34,650 bases of DNA from an uncultured virus (IMG/VR IMGVR_UViG_2684622652_000002) (Duplodnaviria; Heunggongvirae; Uroviricota; Caudoviricetes), in the IMG/VR virus record IMGVR_UViG_2684622652_000002. One strand, given 5' to 3'. A program made the position numbers and the translations under genes. A model generated the notes under the pieces. It made no database searches. It had not been told where the DNA came from and was given only the letters and a program-made list of their open reading frames with translations. Positions 16,849-23,684 of the stretch are shown piece by piece. How positions within the stretch are numbered: the first letter of the stretch is position 1; every line of letters begins with the position of its first letter.

Positions 16849-17358
16849 ATGGGACACAGCAACACAAAGGGGAACAAAAAATTCCTGAAGGGGCGCTACA
16901 CCGCACACGTAGCGAAAGGGGAACGACTGGTTTCAGCCGAATTCCAGTTAACATTTCGTGGTCATGAGCATTTGAGCGTTCTTGTGCGAACAGCTCAGAT
17001 CCCGGAAATGACTCGCGAGGATGTTGAAGACTACGGCCCAAATGGTATTAAATTTAACCAGCATGGTCCGATTCGTAATTCTGGTGAATTGCAGGTTCAG
17101 TGTGTAGAAACGATTGAAGGGGATATCCTGAAATTCATCAAGGAACGTATAGCTGCGAAGGATTACGTCGATATTGAGATGGCGGCTACACCGGAATCGA
17201 AAGCTACCAGTGTCGATGTTCCTACAAATCCGCTCACGACTATCGAAATGCTGGATTGTAAAATCTACAGTGATGCTATCGATATGAGTACAGAAGACGT
17301 TACCGCTGCGGTTCGTCCGCCTTTACGTATCGTTTATAACTGGATCGATTGGGATTAA
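16849..17358 (+). CDS. bplB: Tail tube protein (P1 BplB)
   Basis: 169 aa with a tube-like pattern (VRTAQIPEMTREDVE...IVYNWIDWD). Synteny. Confidence 0.8.
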   Translation: MGHSNTKGNKKFLKGRYTAHVAKGERLVSAEFQLTFRGHEHLSVLVRTAQIPEMTREDVEDYGPNGIKFNQHGPIRNSGELQVQCVETIEGDILKFIKERIAAKDYVDIEMAATPESKATSVDVPTNPLTTIEMLDCKIYSDAIDMSTEDVTAAVRPPLRIVYNWIDWD

Positions 17359-17418
17359 CCATTGCGTTTGTAACGATAGCCGTTTGCAGCAATTCTTAAA
17401 ACGACAGGCATAGGGAAT

Positions 17419-17459
17419 GCCCTTGCTAGCTGACTATATGCAACTAGCGAGGGCTTTTT
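17419..17459 (+). terminator. Intrinsic terminator of the late operon
   Basis: GCCCTTGCTAG...CTAGCGAGGGC followed by TTTTT. Confidence 0.8.
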
Positions 17460-17485
17460 CTATAACTAACTGGATTTGTTAATGG

Positions 17486-17707
17486 TTAACTGCAATCTGA
17501 CAATGGTAGTTTCATCGATTCTTCCCGCGCCTCGACAACCTGGCGTAAGGCAACAAGAAAGCCGCCTAAACCACCTGGCTCATTAATTTCATCCAGGGCG
17601 TTAGCAAGATAAGCATCTGCATAGTCAGGGTTAGCGCGTAGTTCCTCAATCATAGCGGTGTTATGATCAACTGCTGCCGGATAATCAGATTTTTTCGTCG
17701 TTGTCAT
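17486..17707 (-). pseudogene. Truncated HI1420-type addiction-module antidote lacking its HTH
   Basis: MIEELRANPDYADAYLANALDE...FLVALRQVVEAR matches the family N-terminus, then the similarity breaks. ATGA overlap with the yhaV stop. Confidence 0.6.
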
Positions 17708-18168
17708 TTTTTTGACTCTTTCAAAAGCGTTGCCCAATCACGGGGTGGTTTTCCTTTTTTGAGCATTTTCTCGAAGACTTTGTAAGAATCACTTTTACTG
17801 CCATATGTTCGAAGCGTATTGCTGTCGTTCATCCAGGCGAGGATTATGACTTTTTTATCCGAGCTGTAACGAAAAAACAAACGATATCTTCCGTTACCAA
17901 ACTTAGCTCTTGACCAATCCTTATTTTCGTTTCCAAGTGTTGTTCCTTGCCTGTATGCAGGCGAGGAAGGGTCTACTGCAATCCCTGTTTCAATAACTTT
18001 ATGAACGACGGCTAAAAGCTTTGTTGGCGCCTTCTTCTTATAGCCGTCGGGGTCTTTTTCCTTTAAAGCCTCAACCTCGTCTACCAGGGCTTCGTAGACA
18101 TCTGCAAAACAGGGGTGAACGTAAATTTTCCAGCCATTAATTTCTTCTGGCAATCCGTTATTCATCAT
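17704..18168 (-). CDS. yhaV: YhaV-family (RelE superfamily) ribonuclease toxin
   Basis: INGWKIYVHPCF, YRQGTTLG, RAKFGNGRYRLFFRYSS, IILAWMNDSNTLRTYGSKSD. Confidence 0.95.
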   Translation of the reverse strand: MMNNGLPEEINGWKIYVHPCFADVYEALVDEVEALKEKDPDGYKKKAPTKLLAVVHKVIETGIAVDPSSPAYRQGTTLGNENKDWSRAKFGNGRYRLFFRYSSDKKVIILAWMNDSNTLRTYGSKSDSYKVFEKMLKKGKPPRDWATLLKESKK

Positions 18169-18500
18169 TCCTCGTCGCAGATATCATCATCAATGTTAAC
18201 ATCCATGCCAGCAACTAATTCGCGACCTCGCGACATATCAAATGGCTGTACATTCTGCGGTGAGTTCTTTATGTCGGCAGCTAAAAATTGTAGAAATGCG
18301 TTCATAACATCATCCTCTTGTGTCGCTTCCTGACGGCTAAGCAATACCTTACCGCCGGGCAAGATTTCATATTTAAGATGATCTGTTCCTGGTTTAATTT
18401 TCAATGCTTCACGCACAGGGGCCGGTATTGTCGTCTGGCTACGGCTAGTAACCTTAGAATCGACAGTGAGGGCAGTATTGAGATGACCGTAAGCGTACAT
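18165..18500 (-). CDS. prlF: PrlF/SohA-family AbrB-fold antitoxin
   Basis: SKVTSRSQTTIPAPVREALKIKPG, FLQFLAADI and an acidic tail. 4-nt overlap with yhaV. Confidence 0.95.
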   Translation of the reverse strand: MYAYGHLNTALTVDSKVTSRSQTTIPAPVREALKIKPGTDHLKYEILPGGKVLLSRQEATQEDDVMNAFLQFLAADIKNSPQNVQPFDMSRGRELVAGMDVNIDDDICDEE

Positions 18501-18539
18501 CGTTTCACCTTTTAGTAACTTTGCTTAACTTCTTATAGG

Positions 18540-18576
18540 AATATACGCCACCAGAAGGAGTAATGCAAATGCATTA
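18540..18576 (-). promoter_or_regulatory. prlF-yhaV promoter with a palindromic operator over the -35
   Basis: TTGCAT-17-TATATT. Palindrome TAATGCA-AA-TGCATTA at 18561-18576. Confidence 0.75.
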
Positions 18577-18641
18577 CCGTGGTGTGTTATCACTTTTTAG
18601 ACGTTGTTGAGCCCGGCAAAGCCGCCGGGCGGGGGAGGGGA

Positions 18642-19403
18642 TTAAGTCCGCGCGACAGGTTTCAATATGCCCGCATCAAGCAACTTCCTGGTTAGCCACT
18701 GCTGCCCTTTTCCTGTTATATGAGTTGTTAGTGCTATCCGGTAGTTATCGTCGTTGTCGATGACGACCTCACGAACCGTGAAGAACCCCTGCTCGATAAA
18801 ATTTTGCTTCGGTACATTGCGCCGTGACCCGGAAGCGCACAATATTCCATGATCTCTTAACCAGGTGAAAAGAAAGTTTTGCCCCAGGCCTACAACTTTG
18901 GCGTAATTCCCGATCAGTATACCTCCGGCATTGGCTACACGGTCGGCGAAGTCAACTTTTGGCGCGGCGGTCTGTAGCTGCTCTTCGAGTTGCTGCTTTT
19001 GTTCTGCCAGTTCGGCGGCCAGACGTAACGCTTCGGGTAGCGATTGTGGAATTGCCGGGACAGGGGAGGGGGAATGTTTCTGCTGTAGTGCTTCCAGTTT
19101 ATCTATGAGCGATCGGCGCACAGCCTTTGATTCGCGCGCGGCGACACGTAATGCTTGCTTGTAGCTCATTTTGACTACTGTCATCGTAGTATTGTTCAAC
19201 CTTTGCACTACACTTTTTGTGTAGTGCTCTCCATCAAGCTCATCAAGTACCTTTTCTATAAATTTATTGTTTCGAATGTCCGGTTCGCCACACAATTTAC
19301 GTGTCTCATTAACCATCTTCAGCAATTGCTGACTATCAATACCGTCTTGAGGTATCTCAGATGCTATCGGTGCCGGCGGTAACAATTCTATCTGTGAATG
19401 CAT
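18642..19403 (-). CDS. ant2: Antirepressor Ant2 (in-frame internal start)
   Basis: AAAGGAGG RBS before the in-frame ATG at 19403 (MHSQIELL), as in P1/P7. Confidence 0.8.
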   Translation of the reverse strand: MHSQIELLPPAPIASEIPQDGIDSQQLLKMVNETRKLCGEPDIRNNKFIEKVLDELDGEHYTKSVVQRLNNTTMTVVKMSYKQALRVAARESKAVRRSLIDKLEALQQKHSPSPVPAIPQSLPEALRLAAELAEQKQQLEEQLQTAAPKVDFADRVANAGGILIGNYAKVVGLGQNFLFTWLRDHGILCASGSRRNVPKQNFIEQGFFTVREVVIDNDDNYRIALTTHITGKGQQWLTRKLLDAGILKPVART

Positions 19404-19649
19404 TTTTGCCTCCTTTCGTTTCTCCGCTGCCACCTCCGCATAAGGGATGCGGCCCTGCTGGACCAAATATTCACGCACATCAGTTAAGAGAATGCGCTTT
19501 AAAGCATTTTTGTCTTTACGGGTATAAAGGCGTTTTGTAACCATCAGATAGTTGACGACAACGCTGGGAATTTCTTTCGTTGCTATGCAACTGGTGTGTT
19601 GCTCAATAGCTTCGATCATTTCTTCACGGGTAATCAGGGAGGTTTTCAT
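18642..19649 (-). CDS. ant1: Antirepressor Ant1
   Basis: YKQALRVAARESKAVRRSLIDKLE, IPQSLPEALRLAAELAEQK and TGKGQQWLTRKLLDAG (KilA-C/ANT domain). Coupled to the icd stop. Confidence 0.93.
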   Translation of the reverse strand: MKTSLITREEMIEAIEQHTSCIATKEIPSVVVNYLMVTKRLYTRKDKNALKRILLTDVREYLVQQGRIPYAEVAAEKRKEAKMHSQIELLPPAPIASEIPQDGIDSQQLLKMVNETRKLCGEPDIRNNKFIEKVLDELDGEHYTKSVVQRLNNTTMTVVKMSYKQALRVAARESKAVRRSLIDKLEALQQKHSPSPVPAIPQSLPEALRLAAELAEQKQQLEEQLQTAAPKVDFADRVANAGGILIGNYAKVVGLGQNFLFTWLRDHGILCASGSRRNVPKQNFIEQGFFTVREVVIDNDDNYRIALTTHITGKGQQWLTRKLLDAGILKPVART

Positions 19650-19867
19650 CACTGCCCCCCTTGCCAGCCAATAATCTGGGCATTCCAGCAGTTAAAGTAT
19701 TGATGTGCTTCAGTTGAAAATCGGGCAGAGAAAATACAAGGGGCGTCCGGAAGCTGTGAACGAGCTTCTGCTTCAGTCGAAGCTATGACGAGGTGATAGT
19801 TATGTTTTTGGCAGGAATAGAAGCGCCAGATAAACTCCGGGCGTGAGTAGGGATTGGCATTAACCAT
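19649..19867 (-). CDS. icd: Icd cell-division inhibitor
   Basis: 72 aa; MVNANPYSRPEFIWRFY...ASTEAEARSQLP. Its RBS overlaps the C4 target a2. Confidence 0.92.
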   Translation of the reverse strand: MVNANPYSRPEFIWRFYSCQKHNYHLVIASTEAEARSQLPDAPCIFSARFSTEAHQYFNCWNAQIIGWQGGQ

Positions 19868-19918
19868 AGTTACGGCCTCACTAACAGTTTTAACAACCTG
19901 CTCCCCGCTGTCAAACAG

Positions 19919-19995
19919 GGTGGCAGGACGTGACAGGGTTGACAGACTGGCGTTAGTGAAACCAGCAGGCCGAAGCCTCCCCATCACGCCCCACC
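19919..19995 (-). ncRNA. c4: C4 antisense RNA (77 nt)
   Basis: GGUGG...CCACC-closed 77-nt cloverleaf carrying UCACUAAC and CUGUCAA. Complementary targets occur upstream (20063-20069, 20077-20083) and downstream (19878-19885, 19908-19914). Confidence 0.95.
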
Positions 19996-20114
19996 ATAAT
20001 TTGGACGTAACGTGGTTTACGGACACAAAAATACCGCAATAACGGAGGTATGCGGTTGTCCGCACTAACATTCAGGCTGTCAAACCCGGTCGCAGGATTT
20101 ACTACGACGCGGAG

Positions 20115-20143
20115 AATATAAGCCTGAACAATTTAAAAATCAA
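20115..20143 (-). promoter_or_regulatory. Operator-free c4-icd-ant promoter
   Basis: TTGATT-17-TATATT. Confidence 0.75.
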
Positions 20144-20182
20144 CAGCAGCCAGTAAATGTATCATCCACTTTTAAGAAACAC

Positions 20183-20199
20183 AAATTTATTAGAGCAAT
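20183..20199 (-). promoter_or_regulatory. C1 operator of the immI operon (Op51 equivalent)
   Basis: 17/17 match to ATTGCTCTAATAAATTT. Confidence 0.92.
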
Positions 20200-20240
20200 T
20201 TGTGTTAAGTTATAAAGACTTATGCTTGCTGGCGTGGCGT

Positions 20241-20257
20241 TTTTACATTAGAGCAAT
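20241..20257 (-). promoter_or_regulatory. Degenerate C1 operator upstream of the sim-locus genes
   Basis: 12/17, with the core ATTAGAGCAAT exact. Confidence 0.6.
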
Positions 20258-20334
20258 ATGGATGGATACCCACTATTTTTTTACAGTTCATGGGGTTATT
20301 ATTCATCAGATGAATACCTAAAAGGGCTTACATA

Positions 20335-20874
20335 ATGAAAAAATTAGCACTAGCTTTGTGCTTTGTGGCAGGGACTGCTAATGCAGCATCGAGTCTCAAG
20401 CAAATTTGTACCGACTACACAAAATATCTTGGTCATGTGTATGGCTTCGCTGTGAGCGAAGATGAGTCCATGCGTAAACTTCTTCTGGCCGATATGAAGC
20501 GGTTAAATCTCTCCGAAGCTATGGTCCAAAAGGAAATGTATAAAGCCACAACGGACGATGCTGCGAAGATGTATTACGCCAAATTTCTTAACCCTGATCT
20601 CAATGACACGAATCGCGCAGCATTTAATCAAATGATCACATACTGTGAGGCGGGACCAGATATGATGATCCCTAGCTGGCCCGTTTTAGTTGCAAAAGGT
20701 AAAGTTAGAAAAGAAGATGCCGGGAAGTCGATAAATACCTATATCCAGAGCGATGAGTTTATGAATTCACGCGGGATGAGACACCAAAAAGTTGAAGGGA
20801 CACTAGAATCCCGCGCCCGTGGTAATGGTGTAAGCCCCGATCAGCCAATTGAATATTCTTCACCGACTAACTAA
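20335..20874 (+). CDS. Secreted protein of the sim (superinfection exclusion) locus with a Sit-like C-terminal peptide
   Basis: Signal peptide MKKLALALCFVAGTANA|A. Residues 142-166 match Sit residues 939-963 at 17/25. Syntenic with P1 sim. Confidence 0.85.
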   Translation: MKKLALALCFVAGTANAASSLKQICTDYTKYLGHVYGFAVSEDESMRKLLLADMKRLNLSEAMVQKEMYKATTDDAAKMYYAKFLNPDLNDTNRAAFNQMITYCEAGPDMMIPSWPVLVAKGKVRKEDAGKSINTYIQSDEFMNSRGMRHQKVEGTLESRARGNGVSPDQPIEYSSPTN

Positions 20875-20979
20875 TGATGGGCACTAGTTATATATGCTAC
20901 TCAAAGAATGACCCCGGAATAATAGAAATGATATATGAAACCGAGATAATGCAATATTTGTTACAAGGGAAATAATAAA

Positions 20980-21474
20980 ATGAAAATATCTGGATTTTTA
21001 ATTATAACTGGTTTGTTATTTTCCGCTGGAGTTGAAGCGGCGGGGTGGAGTGTTGGCGAAGAAGGCGGCTGGCGTGAAATTTTTACAACGAATAATGAAG
21101 GATATACCATAAATTTCACATGTGACATGGGAGCTAAAGAGGGTACGGAAGATCATGCTGCTGGAAGGGTGCTTTACGTCAGTGGCGGACGTGAAGGGAA
21201 AAAAATTGACGCCACCACAAAATGGTCTATGGAATCTATGCCAAATGTTATCACGTTAAAAATGGGGGACAACAGTTACAATATCGAAAATCAGGCAACT
21301 GCTCCTGCCCGGCGTGAGTGGTATCGTTTTTGGAATGATACAGTAAAATCTGCTTCTAAAACCGTTGACGTTTATGTTGATGGACGGAATGTTACCTCTT
21401 TCCACCTGTCAGGAATTGCTGATATTTATAAAACCGCGCCTCAAGATGGATGCCTAAAAAAAGACACCAACTGA
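20980..21474 (+). CDS. Second secreted sim-locus protein
   Basis: Signal peptide MKISGFLIITGLLFSAGVEA|A, two Cys residues, AT-rich DNA. Confidence 0.8.
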   Translation: MKISGFLIITGLLFSAGVEAAGWSVGEEGGWREIFTTNNEGYTINFTCDMGAKEGTEDHAAGRVLYVSGGREGKKIDATTKWSMESMPNVITLKMGDNSYNIENQATAPARREWYRFWNDTVKSASKTVDVYVDGRNVTSFHLSGIADIYKTAPQDGCLKKDTN

Positions 21475-21491
21475 TAACCTTCCTGCCCGAC

Positions 21492-21510
21492 ATATGACAA
21501 CTCGTAAAAT
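21492..21510 (+). promoter_or_regulatory. Putative late promoter of the tail/baseplate operon
   Basis: ATATGACAA-N4-TAAAAT. Confidence 0.5.
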
Positions 21511-21540
21511 CGGTTGAAGATCCGATTTTACGAGGTTGGC

Positions 21541-22107
21541 ATGACTCCACGACAATTACTCGAAAGCGTTAAAAAGCGTTTTGTACCGCTATTGGCAGAT
21601 GAGCCTGCGTTGCTGGAAACGTTGTTACGCCAGGCGCTAGGGACATATCAGGACCGCGCCGGGCATATCAAACGCCTGCGCATTACTGATACCCGTATCG
21701 CCAGCATTACTCCTCCAAATGACTTTTTAGCTTTAGTTTCGGTAACAGATCACACTGGTGATCTTGTGTATTCAGACGTCTACGATGGTCTGATTGAGTT
21801 GGAAGGGCTATCGAATGCAGTTTATCCATTAACTATTTCCTATCTGGTAAATCTGCGAGAGATAGATCTGGAAGAAGGGGAGGTGCCAGCAGATATTGTT
21901 GGGCTGGTGCAGGACTATCTCGAAGCGTTGATCGCCATTCCCAATACCGACCGACTGCGCCGTGTATCTATTGCTGGCAAACTCGATATGAACAACCTGG
22001 CCGATGAAAATACTCTTCACCAGCGCAAGCTGGACCTGGAAGCGCAGATGAGCGCAACGAGAGCGATTATTCCCGGCTATGTTCTGTTCTCATCCTGGAT
22101 GAAGTGA
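21541..22107 (+). CDS. pmgC: Morphogenesis protein (P1 PmgC position; probable head-tail adaptor)
   Basis: ATG 21541 with GAGG RBS. Synteny. Confidence 0.72.
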   Translation: MTPRQLLESVKKRFVPLLADEPALLETLLRQALGTYQDRAGHIKRLRITDTRIASITPPNDFLALVSVTDHTGDLVYSDVYDGLIELEGLSNAVYPLTISYLVNLREIDLEEGEVPADIVGLVQDYLEALIAIPNTDRLRRVSIAGKLDMNNLADENTLHQRKLDLEAQMSATRAIIPGYVLFSSWMK

Positions 22108-22114
22108 GGCCAGT

Positions 22115-22717
22115 ATGCTTGCAAGCGTATCGTCTTACCTGTCTTCAGCAGTAACCACAGCACTATTTGGTTCTGGAATCGGTGATCGGGAAGTTGGAAA
22201 ACTGACCGCCACCATAATGAACAAAATGCTATTCGCACAGGGGTGGCAATTTTCCGTTGAGGTTGACGGGCTGGTGGGCGCCGACTTTTTCGCGAAAGAC
22301 ATCACGTATCACGATTATAGCGTGGAGTATGAGCCCACTAAAATTGGTGGCGGCACAATTCAGCAACCTGTAGGGCGGGAGCCGGGGCAAATAACGATGA
22401 TGGTCCGCGATACCGTTGACGGAATTGTTATGGACTGGTTTAAGGAAGCCAAGAACAGGGTAGTTAACAAAGATGGCACAGGCAATCTGCCAGCGAACTA
22501 TCTACTTAATATCCGGATATACCGGCTGCTCGCTGCGGGCATAACGAAGCTGGATAACGAGATGACTGTTTTCCCGGTGACTGTCGGCGATGTGACGTTA
22601 GCGCGCGATCAGGTAACAGAATTCAAATCGTTTCCCATGACGTTTGCGCTCCATAGCACCTTCAATCAATCATCAGGGTCTTTGGCGTCACTGCTGGGAT
22701 ACAGTTTTTCACTTTAA
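22115..22717 (+). CDS. tub: Tube-like baseplate protein (P1 Tub)
   Basis: Tube-fold-like motifs (WQFSVEVDG, GQITMMVRDT...MDWFKE, FPVTVGDVTL). Synteny. Confidence 0.8.
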   Translation: MLASVSSYLSSAVTTALFGSGIGDREVGKLTATIMNKMLFAQGWQFSVEVDGLVGADFFAKDITYHDYSVEYEPTKIGGGTIQQPVGREPGQITMMVRDTVDGIVMDWFKEAKNRVVNKDGTGNLPANYLLNIRIYRLLAAGITKLDNEMTVFPVTVGDVTLARDQVTEFKSFPMTFALHSTFNQSSGSLASLLGYSFSL

Positions 22718-22729
22718 TAGGTGGCAAGG

Positions 22730-23623
22730 ATGCTTTTACCAGATTTCCCATTACCATCGCGTCCATCAGAGGTTGTCCAGTTCCGACAACCAAATATTGC
22801 GGATGCGATGCGTTTTAACAAAATTTCTCCTTCAGAAGAAGAGCAGCAGACATCTGCATATCTTAGAGCTCTTCTGGTGACGCCAGAAAAGCACGATGTC
22901 AGCAAATGGACAGCACAGGATCGTCGCACCGCGTTGTGGTGGATATATACCGGTTCGCACGATACACCCGTCGAGACATTTGCTTATACATGCCGCCATT
23001 GTGGTCAGCAACACTATTACGATTGCAATATGAACGATCTGGCCGGTGATATTCAGGTTCTCGATGTTCCTCCGTATATCGACAATGTAGAGATCAGCGT
23101 GGAGGGCGTCCCGCATCAGTGGCGCATTGTTCCATTGGATGGCTGGGCTATGGAAATGCTGGAACTGCGCCGCGCTGCATTACCGCCGGAAGATGCCCCC
23201 GAATATGAGGATGAGCTTATCGATCTTCGTTTATGGGAGTTCGCTTATCAGTGCGAGATATACCATGACGTTGCCGGGACGCGGGATGAACAAGCGGAAC
23301 GTCGCTTCGAAATAATTAAGCGTATGGCTATTGATACGGAATTCATGAAGCTGGCCGCTGAAATTCGGATGGCCCAGGAGACGTTAGATCATGGGCTGCC
23401 ATGCCATATAGATAAAGGGCAGGCGCTCTTACACCTGCCTGCGCATAAATGCCCGAACGATGAAAACAAGGAGCCCACAAACGGTTTATCTACCCGTTTG
23501 TGGGTCCAGTTTCGGCCTACATACTTTATCCCACAGGTGGGCCTTGAGCGACTATCAGACATTAGTATCCAGCCTGGTTTTGTATGGGGGTATGCCGGTT
23601 CAGGACGCGGAAAAACTAACTGA
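22730..23623 (+). CDS. pmgB: Baseplate hub/tail assembly protein (P1 PmgB; T4 gp26-like)
   Basis: FPLPSRPSEVVQFRQP, YTCRHCG and HKCPN. Directly upstream of the tape measure gene. GTG 22721 is an alternative start. Confidence 0.75.
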   Translation: MLLPDFPLPSRPSEVVQFRQPNIADAMRFNKISPSEEEQQTSAYLRALLVTPEKHDVSKWTAQDRRTALWWIYTGSHDTPVETFAYTCRHCGQQHYYDCNMNDLAGDIQVLDVPPYIDNVEISVEGVPHQWRIVPLDGWAMEMLELRRAALPPEDAPEYEDELIDLRLWEFAYQCEIYHDVAGTRDEQAERRFEIIKRMAIDTEFMKLAAEIRMAQETLDHGLPCHIDKGQALLHLPAHKCPNDENKEPTNGLSTRLWVQFRPTYFIPQVGLERLSDISIQPGFVWGYAGSGRGKTN

Positions 23624-23681
23624 ACCGTTTGCGTTTTTCCTGATGGAAAAACTGAAAGAAAAACTCAAACCGAAGCGATAA
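23544..23681 (+). CDS. Small ORF overlapping the pmgB 3' end (T4 gp51-like, or a frameshift extension)
   Basis: (M)SDYQTLVSSLVLYGGMPVQDAEKLTEPFAFFLMEKLKEKLKPKR ends 3 nt before the sit ATG. TTG start with AGGTGG upstream. The frame is open from 23460. Confidence 0.55.
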   Translation: MSDYQTLVSSLVLYGGMPVQDAEKLTEPFAFFLMEKLKEKLKPKR

Positions 23682-23684
23682 ATC

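Noticed and set aside
18611..18630. GC hairpin after ant as an intrinsic terminator
   Set aside because: Strong stem but no U tract on the ant strand, so it is not called. The hairpins at 13759-13776 and about 16228-16247 also lack U tracts and may be stability or processing elements.
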